Assembly (NCBI GenBank): GCA_035699125.1 | Contig: DASSBC010000078.1 | Coordinates: 13,603-77,602, forward strand | Length of the DNA stretch: 64,000 bases | Source: Anaerolineales bacterium | GTDB taxonomy: Bacteria > Chloroflexota > Anaerolineae > Anaerolineales > Villigracilaceae | Direction: 5' to 3' | Shown here: positions 9,602 to 18,352 of the stretch, in pieces | Numbering within the stretch: the stretch's first letter is position 1 | Layout of the letters: the number at the start of each line of letters is the position of its first letter | Notes under the pieces: model-generated | What the model was told of the DNA's origin: nothing | Seen by the model: the letters and a program-made list of their open reading frames with translations, nothing else | Databases searched by the model: none | Position numbers and translations under genes: made by a program

Positions 9602-11110
9602 CTAATACGCACCCTTTGCTCTGAGCACAGCCGGGAATGTCTGGAACAAAAGCTGAAAATCAAGCCATAGGCTCCAGTTACGGACATAATACATATCCAG
9701 ACGAACACGGTCTTCGTAAGAAATATCGGAACGCCCACTGACTTGCCACAGCCCGGTAATTCCAGGCAGGACGGTGAGCAGATTCATAACAAACTGCTTA
9801 TACATGGGCGCCTCTTCGGGAGAAATCATTCGAGGGCCAACTAATGACATGTCACGCTTGAGCACATTGAACAGTTGAGGGAGTTCATCTAAGCTATACT
9901 TCCGTAAAAAAGCCCCAATTGGTGTAATTCGAGGATCGTTCTTTAACTTATGGTTTCTTTGCAATTCACGTTTCAGCTCGGGGTGTTGATCCAAGATTTC
10001 ATCACCATTAATCACCATTGTGCGAAATTTCAAAGCATAGAACTGTTTGCCATTCAAACCCATCACCAGTCTTCTGTGTAAAACCGGCCCCGGGGAACTG
10101 CGCTTTATGCAAAAGGCAATAAATAGAAGAAAAGGAGAAAGAATAAGGAGACTGATAATTGTCACTAGGTAATCGACGATAAACTTCATCGTACTTTCAA
10201 TATCCGCCAGGCGAACTTTATTCACATAGACTAACGGAACGTAAGCGAACTCATTTATGGTCAAGCCAGTTGTCAGAATCTCATACAATCCTGATGACAT
10301 CCGAATATTGACCTTGCCAGACACTCCGTATGTTCTAAAAATATCGAGTAAGTAATCGCGAGTAGAAAATGCACTGGAAGCCAATATTATTTCACCAATA
10401 TTGTAATGCTCGATGATCTCACCCAATTTTTCAACTGAGCCCAAACAGGGTAGACCATGGAACAAGAGAGAAGTGATAGGCTCCTTTTTATCGACAAAAC
10501 CAACAATGTGCAAACCTGACGTTTCCCAGCGAAGCAGTTGTTCTGCTAGCCAGCGCCCTTCCTGGTTAGCTCCCACAATGACAGCGGGTGTGAGAAAATA
10601 GCCGCGTTTGCGAAGATGATACGTATATCTCCTTAATCCGAACCGTGCACCAGCCACAAGGAGAAAGGTCACTGCCCAGGTCAATAACAACCAACCTCGA
10701 GCAATAATCAAGTTTGGTTCGAGGAAGCCAGCAAGGACGATCAGTAGGAAACCTTCACTTGCAGAAGTGAAAACCTTTGAATATTCACGCGTTCCGCCCA
10801 GCAGGTTATCTTTGACATAAAGTCCGTTGAATGCGAAAATCACAAGCCAAACTAAGGGTACGGTATAGAGCAGAAAGCGATATTTCGCAAACGAAACTGT
10901 CAAATGTGGATCGAAGTCTTGAACGAACAATTCAAATCGAAGGTAATAAGCGATCCAGAATGCGACAAAAGTCATAATTACATCGGACGTAATCAAACTG
11001 ATGACATAAAGCCGCCACTGTATTGTGGGAGAAATGATTGAATTTGCGTCTTTGATCTTCTTGGATGCTGCAGCAATAGAGGAACGTTCAATTTGAGTTT
11101 GAATACTCAT
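9602..11110 (-). CDS. Polyprenyl-phosphate glycosyl-1-phosphate transferase (WbaP / EPS initiating sugar transferase type)
   Basis: 502 aa. N-terminal TM helices, a central Rossmann-like segment ([10 protein letters not shown]), and a C-terminal bacterial sugar transferase domain ([38 protein letters not shown]). Confidence 0.85.
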   Translation of the reverse strand: MSIQTQIERSSIAAASKKIKDANSIISPTIQWRLYVISLITSDVIMTFVAFWIAYYLRFELFVQDFDPHLTVSFAKYRFLLYTVPLVWLVIFAFNGLYVKDNLLGGTREYSKVFTSASEGFLLIVLAGFLEPNLIIARGWLLLTWAVTFLLVAGARFGLRRYTYHLRKRGYFLTPAVIVGANQEGRWLAEQLLRWETSGLHIVGFVDKKEPITSLLFHGLPCLGSVEKLGEIIEHYNIGEIILASSAFSTRDYLLDIFRTYGVSGKVNIRMSSGLYEILTTGLTINEFAYVPLVYVNKVRLADIESTMKFIVDYLVTIISLLILSPFLLFIAFCIKRSSPGPVLHRRLVMGLNGKQFYALKFRTMVINGDEILDQHPELKRELQRNHKLKNDPRITPIGAFLRKYSLDELPQLFNVLKRDMSLVGPRMISPEEAPMYKQFVMNLLTVLPGITGLWQVSGRSDISYEDRVRLDMYYVRNWSLWLDFQLLFQTFPAVLRAKGAY

Positions 11111-12574
11111 AAATAATCACCCGCTTAAGGACATTAATATAGTGTTTGTAAAATTATTAATGGGTAATGTGCAGGAGCAATGCTCCGCCATTCAGACATT
11201 CGTTTCGAATGCTAAGTGAGGCTGTGATGGGCCGAAAGTCTTGCTCGATGTAGCTGGCAGGAGGCACTATGTTGTCTAAAACTAGAACTGCCAGGTAGTT
11301 CAAAACGTATCTTCCGACTTTGGGGCAACTCTAAAGCAAACGTATTCGATCAGAGTTTGGTAATCAGCAATCAAACCTTGCCTTTTTGAGGCTTGCTATG
11401 CAGAATACTCCGTAAAACTGCGATGAATAAGATGAGATAAATATGTCCTTATAATCTGCTTATGGTCGTATAAGCAGGGCCATAACTTGATCACAGAGAG
11501 CCGCAAAAGATTACAGTTGATTTAAGTGCATCAGCAATATCTAATATAGATAACAAGTTTATATGTGATTTACTTGTGCAAGACGGGTGGTTCTCAAAAA
11601 GGTTACGTATCTATGGCGAACAAACGATCTTTATTGAGCGAAGGGTAAGTTAGTAAATGCCTGCTCGAGAACAAAACCAATCCGCCAAATCCGGCACACG
11701 GTACCATTCGCCTTCCTCATTTCGTCGCTTCACCCCCTAACTAGTAAATGCTTCCAAATCGCGCCAACCGGTCATGAGCCGGTCAAGTGGAAAAATTCCA
11801 ACCGGAAATCTCATCTTTACCGTTGACCATCCTTTGCTTTTCTCTGGTTATGAGCAGGGAATGTGCTGTTGTTTGTATCCCCCATCATGACCTGACTTTA
11901 CCCGAGCTATGATCAGGCAGGAGGCCCTACTTGTCTACATAAATTTGGATTCTTTCAGCCTGTTACAGTTATATGTTAATTGACCCCGTTTTCAAAGCCT
12001 GCTATTATATTTGAAGCAGGGCTCTTCTTTGTTTCGTTGCGACTATTGGAATGAAAGACACTCAAGATTCAAGATATAGATCAGCCACAGTTCATTTCGT
12101 TATATTTATTTGGACGTCTGTAACCATTTTAGAAAACAGCCGTCATGACGAAGATTATATAAGCATTTGTGCAGATGCTTTGTGATAGACAAACAGGCTG
12201 GATTTCTGGAATCTAAACAAGTAGGTATCCGCTCGGACGGCATTTTCATTTTCATGTCGTAATGGCGGAGCGCGCTCGCATGAACAAATATGGTTGTCTA
12301 CTGTGGAGGAATCACGGCAACATCGCTATCTAGAGTAAAAATCCTTATATGCACAATTGGAGCATCTGATTGTCCCTGCAGAGTTTGCTCCAAACTCTTT
12401 ACACAGTGATCAAAGTGCAGGGGATAAACTTACTTAACAAGGAATACTGGCTGCACTAGACACAGCTACAAGTATCAGCCAGTTGAAAACATGCACTTTT
12501 GGTAGAACACTTTTAGTCCAGTCCTACGTAGGGATGCGCTAAAAGAAAATTATCTCAAGCAGGAGTGGTAAGAA
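11111..12574. promoter_or_regulatory. About 1.46 kb AT-rich ORF-free divergent intergenic region between the two arms of the locus
   Basis: No ORF of 60 aa or more on any frame in the track. Lies between the divergently transcribed WbaP-type gene (start 11110, minus) and the carbamoyltransferase operon (start 12575, plus). Contains repeated motifs and hairpins (see findings). Confidence 0.6.
11996..12035 (+). terminator. Candidate intrinsic terminator or attenuator inside the long intergenic region
   Basis: AGCCTGCT (11996-12003) pairs with AGCAG(G)GCT (12015-12023): 8 bp with a one-G bulge and an 11-nt loop. Followed by T-rich CTTCTTTGTTT. Confidence 0.3.
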
Positions 12575-12805
12575 ATGGAAACGTTACGCAAAGGATGGCA
12601 AGCCTGGAAGAAGATCGGGCAATTCATTGGTGATCAAATTGGCAGGGTGGTCTTGAGTATCTTTTACTTTACTTTGTTCATGCCCTTTGGTTTGGGCGTG
12701 CGCTGGTTCGGGGATCCACTGGCGATCCGTCCGCGTGGCAGCTCGAAATGGCTAGAACGCACCTCACATGACCTGACTATCGAAGATACACGGAGGCTCT
12801 ACTAA
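12575..12805 (+). CDS. Small membrane protein translationally coupled to the carbamoyltransferase
   Basis: 76 aa. One or two hydrophobic segments (VVLSIFYFTLFMPFGLGV). AGGAG lies 9 nt upstream. Its stop overlaps the next start (TAATG at 12803-12807). Confidence 0.5.
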   Translation: METLRKGWQAWKKIGQFIGDQIGRVVLSIFYFTLFMPFGLGVRWFGDPLAIRPRGSSKWLERTSHDLTIEDTRRLY

Positions 12806-14595
12806 TGTACATCCTGGGTATATCTTGTTACTATCACGACGCGGCGGCGGCTTTATTACAAGACGGTATGTTAGTAGCCGCTGCTGAAGAAGAGCGCTTT
12901 ACTCGAGTAAAGCATGACTACAACTTCCCAACACAAGCTATAGATTTTTGCTTGCGCCAAGCCGGGATTACAGCTCAGGACTTGGACTATGTGGTCTTCT
13001 ACGAGAAGCCCCTGCAGAAGTTCGAGCGAATCTTGCTGACATCACTGCAAACTTTTCCCCAGTCGTGGGGCGTATTCCGCGAGTCAATGATCACCTGGTT
13101 CAATGATAAGCTGTGGATCAAGGGACACATTCTCACCACGCTGAATATTCCAGATGAGAAACTGCTTTTCGTAGAACACCATTTGAGTCACGCTGCCAGC
13201 GCCGTTTTCTGTTCTCCCTATGATGAAGCAGCCGTTCTAACTATTGATGGCGTTGGCGAATGGACCACAGCGACCATAGGAAAGGCCACAGCCGATTGGG
13301 ATGGGCGAGGACAGAACCGTATCGACCTGTTTGGAGAAGTGAAATTTCCCCACTCTCTCGGACTTCTGTATTCAGCTTTCACTGCATTTTTGGGATTCCA
13401 GGTGAACGAGGGCGAATACAAAGTTATGGGCATGGCTCCTTATGGCAAGCCCACACGGGTGGAAGACGTCTACAAGCTCTTCGAAGTCGGTGACGATGGT
13501 AGTTTCCGCCTGAACATGGAATACTTTTCCTTCCATCATTCCACATCCAAAACCTTCAACGGGAAGTTTGCCAACCTATTTGGGGAACCGCGAGTGCACG
13601 AGTCAGATTTTTACACGCCTACCACCCACCCCAAGAAAGATCATCCTCAGTGGGATGAAGCTACCGCGAAGAAGAATCAGCACTACGCGAATATTGCCGC
13701 CAGCATTCAGTACGTCACCGAAGAGACCGTGCTGAAAATGGCGAACTATGCCCACCAACGTACTGGTCTGAAGAAGTTGTGCATGGCCGGGGGCGTGGCA
13801 CTTAACTCGGTTGCTAATGGCCGAATCCTGCGCGAAACACCCTTTGAGGATGTCTATATCCAGCCCGCAGCAGGAGATTCTGGGGGAGCAGTCGGCGCAG
13901 CTCTGTATGTCTATCATGTCCTGTTGGGCAAACCCAGGAAGTTCGTCATGGAGCACGCCTATTGGGGACAGGCATATACGGCGCAGGAAACAAAAACTGC
14001 CATTGAAGCCACCGGCCGCTCTTACCAATTGATCGAAGATCCCGAGCGCAGGGCGCAGATGATGGTAGAGGATATGCTGGCAGGCAAGGTGATCGGTCTT
14101 TTTCAAGATCGCTTTGAATGGGGACCTCGGGCACTGGGGAACCGATCCATCCTCGCTGATCCTCGCAGCGCTGAGATGAAGAATATTGTTAATGCCCGCA
14201 TCAAGTTTCGTGAGCCTTTCCGTCCCTTTGCCCCCGTAATTTTGGAGGAACGCGCCCAGGAATTTTATGCTGGCACAGGGGACCCTGCCCGCAATTATCC
14301 TCTGCGCTATATGCTGATGGTCTGTCCAACCCGAGACGGATGTGGAGAACACATCCAGGCGGTAACCCATGAAGGAGGTACTGGACGCGTACAAAGCGTA
14401 CAGCGTGAAAGTAATCCGTTGTATTACCGGGCTATCGAATTATTTGGTCAGGCGACTGGAGTACCCGTCTTATTAAACACAAGCTTCAACTTGCGCGGCG
14501 AGCCAATTGTCACTACACCTGCCAATGCACTAAACACATTTGGCAATAGTGATATCGATACGTTGTACGTAAACGATTTTGTTGTTAGGAAATAG
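12805..14595 (+). CDS. Carbamoyltransferase (NodU/CmcH family)
   Basis: 596 aa. Characteristic N-terminus MYILGISCYYHDAAAALLQDG, HHLSHAASA, AGGVALNSVANG, and a C-terminal YrdC-like/carbamoyl-AMP part (...LLNTSFNLRGEPIV...). Confidence 0.9.
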   Translation: MYILGISCYYHDAAAALLQDGMLVAAAEEERFTRVKHDYNFPTQAIDFCLRQAGITAQDLDYVVFYEKPLQKFERILLTSLQTFPQSWGVFRESMITWFNDKLWIKGHILTTLNIPDEKLLFVEHHLSHAASAVFCSPYDEAAVLTIDGVGEWTTATIGKATADWDGRGQNRIDLFGEVKFPHSLGLLYSAFTAFLGFQVNEGEYKVMGMAPYGKPTRVEDVYKLFEVGDDGSFRLNMEYFSFHHSTSKTFNGKFANLFGEPRVHESDFYTPTTHPKKDHPQWDEATAKKNQHYANIAASIQYVTEETVLKMANYAHQRTGLKKLCMAGGVALNSVANGRILRETPFEDVYIQPAAGDSGGAVGAALYVYHVLLGKPRKFVMEHAYWGQAYTAQETKTAIEATGRSYQLIEDPERRAQMMVEDMLAGKVIGLFQDRFEWGPRALGNRSILADPRSAEMKNIVNARIKFREPFRPFAPVILEERAQEFYAGTGDPARNYPLRYMLMVCPTRDGCGEHIQAVTHEGGTGRVQSVQRESNPLYYRAIELFGQATGVPVLLNTSFNLRGEPIVTTPANALNTFGNSDIDTLYVNDFVVRK

Positions 14596-14679
14596 GTTTT
14601 TTTGGGGGGCGTTTCCGTGAATCTTTCGATTGATCGTTATTAGAGCAAAATCATAGACGAACAGAAAGGATATACTAAG

Positions 14680-14862
14680 ATGAAGAGTTTTATTCGCAGC
14701 ATGACATCCAACTTCGGTGTGGTCAATGAATTATTAGCATTTTTGTGGAAACGCAAGCTCTGGTGGCTGGTTCCCATGGTAGCAGTTTTGTTACTTTTCG
14801 GTTTGCTCTTGATTTTTGCCTCCGCTTCTGGCGTAGGTCCGTTCATCTACACTCTTTTCTAA
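14680..14862 (+). CDS. Tiny single-pass membrane protein of the type found next to carbamoyltransferases (DUF5989/SxtK-like, from memory)
   Basis: 60 aa. ...LLAFLWKRKLWWLVPMVAVLLLFGLLLIFASASGVGPFIYTLF. The KxWWL...PFIYTLF C-terminus matches my recollection of that family. Confidence 0.6.
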   Translation: MKSFIRSMTSNFGVVNELLAFLWKRKLWWLVPMVAVLLLFGLLLIFASASGVGPFIYTLF

Positions 14863-14920
14863 ACCTAAAGAAGGGCATCTACATTACCCTGACTTTCAGC
14901 CTAAGTTAGCTTCCTATCTA

Positions 14921-14956
14921 GCAAGGTGAGGATGGCGATGGCCATCCTCACCTTGC
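14921..14956 (+). terminator. Perfect 16-bp hairpin downstream of the carbamoyltransferase trio
   Basis: GCAAGGTGAGGATGGC (14921-14936), loop GATG, GCCATCCTCACCTTGC (14941-14956). No U-tract follows. Confidence 0.5.
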
Positions 14957-15099
14957 ACGCCCACACCTTCAATCTGCGCGATCATGTCTCAAGGTACGAG
15001 TACCCTAATGGAACTTGCCAGCAAGTCTCGCGTGCACGTTTACAACACACTAACCGATGACACGTGGCGGACTCAGACACTTACTTCAACTCATCAACC

Positions 15100-16671
15100 A
15101 TGAATAACCATAAGGCCCTACAGCAATTGCTGGTTCAATCGGCACAAAATTTCCCTGATCGGATTGCAGTTGAGGAGACTGATCAAGGTGCAATTACATA
15201 CCACGACCTTAACCAGCTTTCTGATCGGCTCAGGGACCAACTTATCCATCTGGGTATTCGCCCAGGCGACAGGGTAGGGATTTATTTGCGGAAGTCGATT
15301 GATGCAGTGGCTTCTATTTTTGGCACCTTAAAAGCGGGGGCAGCGTATGTGCCTGTAGATCCGGGCGCTCCTCCTGCCCGAAATGCCTATATATTTAGCG
15401 ACTGTACAGTCAAAGCCATCATCATCGAAAACCGATTCGTGGAAAAGCTTTGTGCAGAATTTGCGAACCAGAATGAGCTTCCCGCGCTCATTGTCTTAAA
15501 TGGAACAGGTGGCGGACGTCACCTGAAAAGTGCATTGGAACAAGCGAATATGGATTACCCGGTGCATCTTAATTCTTTTGAGCTCTCTTCGGATAATCTT
15601 GCTTATATCCTTTACACATCCGGTTCCACAGGCAAGCCAAAGGGGGTCATGCTATCTCATCAGAATGCACTCAGCTTCGTCAACTGGTGTTCGGAAGTGT
15701 TTGAACCCAATGAGGTCGACCGATTCTCATCGCATGCGCCGTTCCACTTTGACCTTTCTATTCTGGATATTTATGTCTCTATAAAGCATGGGGCGACACT
15801 GGTGTTGGTAGAGGAAGAAGTCGGTAAAGATCCGACTCGCCTCGCACAGCTAATTTCAGAGAAAAGGATCACAGTTTGGTATTCCACGCCCTCCATCTTG
15901 AGCTTTCTGGCTCAATATGGAAAACTAGACCATTATATATTTTCCAACTTGCGGCTGGTTTTATTCGCTGGTGAAGTTTTTCCAATCAAACATCTTCGGA
16001 TGCTGAAAGATCTTCTTCCCTTGCCTAGGTACTTCAATTTGTATGGACCAACCGAGACCAACGTATGCACTTATTATGAAATTCCTGCAACACTCTCAGT
16101 GGACCACACGAAACCGTTTCCGATTGGGAAAGCTTGTACTCATTACAGGAACATGATTAGGGTCGTAGATGAACAGGGACAGGATGTTGAGATTGGACAA
16201 ATGGGAGAATTAATAGCTACTGGTCCGGGTGTCATGCAAGGGTATTGGAATCTTCCGGAAAGGACAGCCAGTGCTTTTCTCGTCGATTCCTCCGGACAGC
16301 GCTGGTATAAAACTGGGGATCTCGTAGTTCAGGATGAAAATGGTGATTATCTCTATATCAGCCGACGTGATCGGATGGTCAAGAAACGTGGGTACAGAAT
16401 TGAGTTGGGTGAAATCGAAGCGGGGTTGTACAAGCACCCTGAGGTTAAGGAAGCAGCGGTCATCGCTTTATCGAACGATGAAAATGGGGTACAGATCAAG
16501 GCGTTTCTAAGTTTCAAGAACGGGCTAAATCTTTCCCGGATCGAGCTGAAGCGATTCTGTGCGGAAAATTTACTGACTTATATGGTTCCCGATTTCTTCT
16601 CTTTTCTGGATAGCCTGCCCAAAACTTCGACAGATAAAATCGATTATCAAAAGCTGAAAACACTAGACTAA
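15100..16671 (+). CDS. Stand-alone adenylating enzyme, DltA-like (amino acid/carrier-protein ligase)
   Basis: AMP-binding core LAYILYTSGSTGKPKGV, FHFDLSILDIY (A4-type FD motif), NLYGPTETNV, YKTGD, PKTSTDKID (A10 Lys). The track ORF starts at GTG 15064. The ATG at 15100 (MNNHKALQQLL...) gives the usual length. Confidence 0.85.
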   Translation: MNNHKALQQLLVQSAQNFPDRIAVEETDQGAITYHDLNQLSDRLRDQLIHLGIRPGDRVGIYLRKSIDAVASIFGTLKAGAAYVPVDPGAPPARNAYIFSDCTVKAIIIENRFVEKLCAEFANQNELPALIVLNGTGGGRHLKSALEQANMDYPVHLNSFELSSDNLAYILYTSGSTGKPKGVMLSHQNALSFVNWCSEVFEPNEVDRFSSHAPFHFDLSILDIYVSIKHGATLVLVEEEVGKDPTRLAQLISEKRITVWYSTPSILSFLAQYGKLDHYIFSNLRLVLFAGEVFPIKHLRMLKDLLPLPRYFNLYGPTETNVCTYYEIPATLSVDHTKPFPIGKACTHYRNMIRVVDEQGQDVEIGQMGELIATGPGVMQGYWNLPERTASAFLVDSSGQRWYKTGDLVVQDENGDYLYISRRDRMVKKRGYRIELGEIEAGLYKHPEVKEAAVIALSNDENGVQIKAFLSFKNGLNLSRIELKRFCAENLLTYMVPDFFSFLDSLPKTSTDKIDYQKLKTLD

Positions 16672-16731
16672 ATTGGTAATAAAAACTCATCAGTCAGGCT
16701 TTTGTGAGTCTGAATTACAGAGAGGCTCAGC

Positions 16732-18090
16732 ATGAAGCCATTCATAGATTTTTCACAACTTCGGCTGCGCCCACTGCTCATCATCAGCGAGTTGCTGCTT
16801 ATCGCTTCTCTGGCGTTTGTGGCTTCCCAACGCGAATTGATGTTGGTTTTTGTTCTACTCGTAGGTGTGGGAGTCGTTTTGGCTTTCCTACGCTGGCCGT
16901 CCCTGGGGCTCATTGTCGCCTCTGTAGCCGGGATGATTATTCCCTTCGTGGGTCCCAGCGGGTTAAACGTGACTATGGTCTTAATCGCCCTGCTGCTTGG
17001 CCTTTGGCTGCTGGCTATGATAGCTCGTCAGCATCAAATCCAGATCGCCCCTTCACGTACTGTACGACCGCTCCTGGCTTTCCTTGGTATAGCCGCCTTT
17101 TCGTTTGGACTTGGTCAGTTGCCCTGGTTGACTTTCGCCCTCCATGCGCCTCTGGGGGCCCAGCTTGGAGGTCTATCGATTATCGTGCTTTCTGTAGCTA
17201 CTTTCTTATTGATGGCAAACCAGATGCATGACCTGAGCTGGTTGAGTAGGTTGACCTGGGCATTTCTGGCTGTTGGTGCGTTGTCCCTTTTTTTTCGGTC
17301 GATGCTACCAGCGTTGGGACTACCTACACTGCCCTTGTTTCAGCCAGTTGGTACCGTCTTTTATGTCTGGCTAGTAGCGATGGCTTTCAGCCAAGCTGTC
17401 CTCAACAAGGATTTGCATCCGGGCTGGCGACTGTCTCTCGGTGGGTTGGTACTTGTGGTGCTTTACGTTTTGTTTGTTTTGAAATTTGCCGACAAATCAG
17501 GTTGGTTATCGGTGTTTATCTGTATGGCTGCTATCATTGTAGCTCGCTCCTGGCGTGCTGGCTTGGCTTTGGCTCCGATCGCAGTCCTTGCAGCATTGTA
17601 TCTGTGGTCGGGACTCATCTCTACAGATGAATATAGTATCTCAACGCGCTTTGATGCTTGGTTGATCATGGCACAGATTATTAGAATTAGTCCGCTATGG
17701 GGACTGGGCTTTGCAAATTACTATTGGTATACACCCCTCTTTCCAATCAGGGGTTATGCGGTCAGTTTCAATTCTCATAATAACTATGTGGACATCCTAG
17801 CCCAGACGGGGCTGGTGGGACTGGTCTGCTTATTATGGCTCTTTTGCGAGCTAGGGTGGCTGGGCTGGCAGCTACGAAAACATGCACCGGCTGGCTTTGC
17901 TCAAGCTTACGTCTACGGTGCTTTGGGTGGACTGGCTGGGATGGTGGTGGCTGGAATGTTGGGGGATTGGATACTACCCTTTTTTTATAACATTGGCCTG
18001 AACGGATTCCGCTCCAGTATGTTTGGCTGGCTTTTCCTCGGCGGGTTGGTGAGCCTAGAGCAGATGGTAATATCACGGAGGTCGAGGTAA
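16732..18090 (+). CDS. Wzy/O-antigen-ligase-like polytopic membrane protein
   Basis: 452 aa, about 10-12 hydrophobic helices. Wzy_C-type motif FNSHNNYVDILAQTGLVGL. Track ORF 16704..17231 is an overlapping alternative frame. Confidence 0.7.
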   Translation: MKPFIDFSQLRLRPLLIISELLLIASLAFVASQRELMLVFVLLVGVGVVLAFLRWPSLGLIVASVAGMIIPFVGPSGLNVTMVLIALLLGLWLLAMIARQHQIQIAPSRTVRPLLAFLGIAAFSFGLGQLPWLTFALHAPLGAQLGGLSIIVLSVATFLLMANQMHDLSWLSRLTWAFLAVGALSLFFRSMLPALGLPTLPLFQPVGTVFYVWLVAMAFSQAVLNKDLHPGWRLSLGGLVLVVLYVLFVLKFADKSGWLSVFICMAAIIVARSWRAGLALAPIAVLAALYLWSGLISTDEYSISTRFDAWLIMAQIIRISPLWGLGFANYYWYTPLFPIRGYAVSFNSHNNYVDILAQTGLVGLVCLLWLFCELGWLGWQLRKHAPAGFAQAYVYGALGGLAGMVVAGMLGDWILPFFYNIGLNGFRSSMFGWLFLGGLVSLEQMVISRRSR

Positions 18091-18106
18091 TGATGGGAGC
18101 GGCATA

Positions 18107-18352
18107 ATGATGTTGAATTCCCAACAACCGAATGTTATTGTGATTATCCTCGATGTCGTTTGAGCCAAGAACACCTCAGTCTACGGCCATTCGATGGGAA
18201 CTACCCGTTACCTGGATGAATTTGCCGCTGAAAACGTTCTCTTTAAACGAGCATTTTCACCTGCCACATGGACCATTCCGACCCACGCCTCCATGTTAAC
18301 CGGTCTCTACCGCCTTCAGCTGGGAGAATTCCAAGAAGTAAAACCGATATGA
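18107..18352 (+). pseudogene. Remnant of a sulfatase-like (alkaline phosphatase superfamily) gene: N-terminal ~80 codons with an in-frame TGA
   Basis: Hand translation gives MMLNSQQPNVIVIILDVV*AKNTSVYGHSMGTTRYLDEFAAENVLFKRAFSPATWTIPTHASMLTGLY..., which matches the sulfatase-family N-terminus (compare the intact paralogue at 43029: RPNVILLTIDTLRVDRLGCYG...). TGA at 18161-18163 sits where that paralogue has Arg. The frame ends at 18350-18352, far short of a full-length (~450 aa) enzyme. Confidence 0.6.

Noticed and set aside
11269-11298. 9-codon mini-ORF (MLSKTRTAR) with a perfect AGGAGG 4 nt upstream, in the long intergenic region
   Set aside because: It is too short to support as a gene from sequence alone. 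The AGGAGG is part of the repeated GGCAGGAGGC motif, whose second copy is followed by only a 3-codon frame. I kept it as part of the repeat observation rather than as a CDS.
11111-12574. Known riboswitch or antitermination elements (c-di-GMP class I/II-like segments, ops/JUMPStart GGCGGTAG) and tRNA-like T-loops in the long spacer
   Set aside because: I looked by eye for the conserved cores and found none; the nearest is GGCGGAG at about 12264. Without a covariance-model scan this is not a proof of absence.
13603-14394. 263-aa ORF antisense to the carbamoyltransferase
   Set aside because: It lies entirely within, and opposite to, a gene with unmistakable family motifs. It has no motifs of its own and a Arg/Gly/Ser/Leu-rich composition typical of antisense frames.
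16704-17231. 175-aa ORF overlapping the start of the Wzy-like gene
   Set aside because: It is a different frame of the same strand. The 16732 frame gives a coherent 452-aa polytopic protein with the Wzy_C-type motif.
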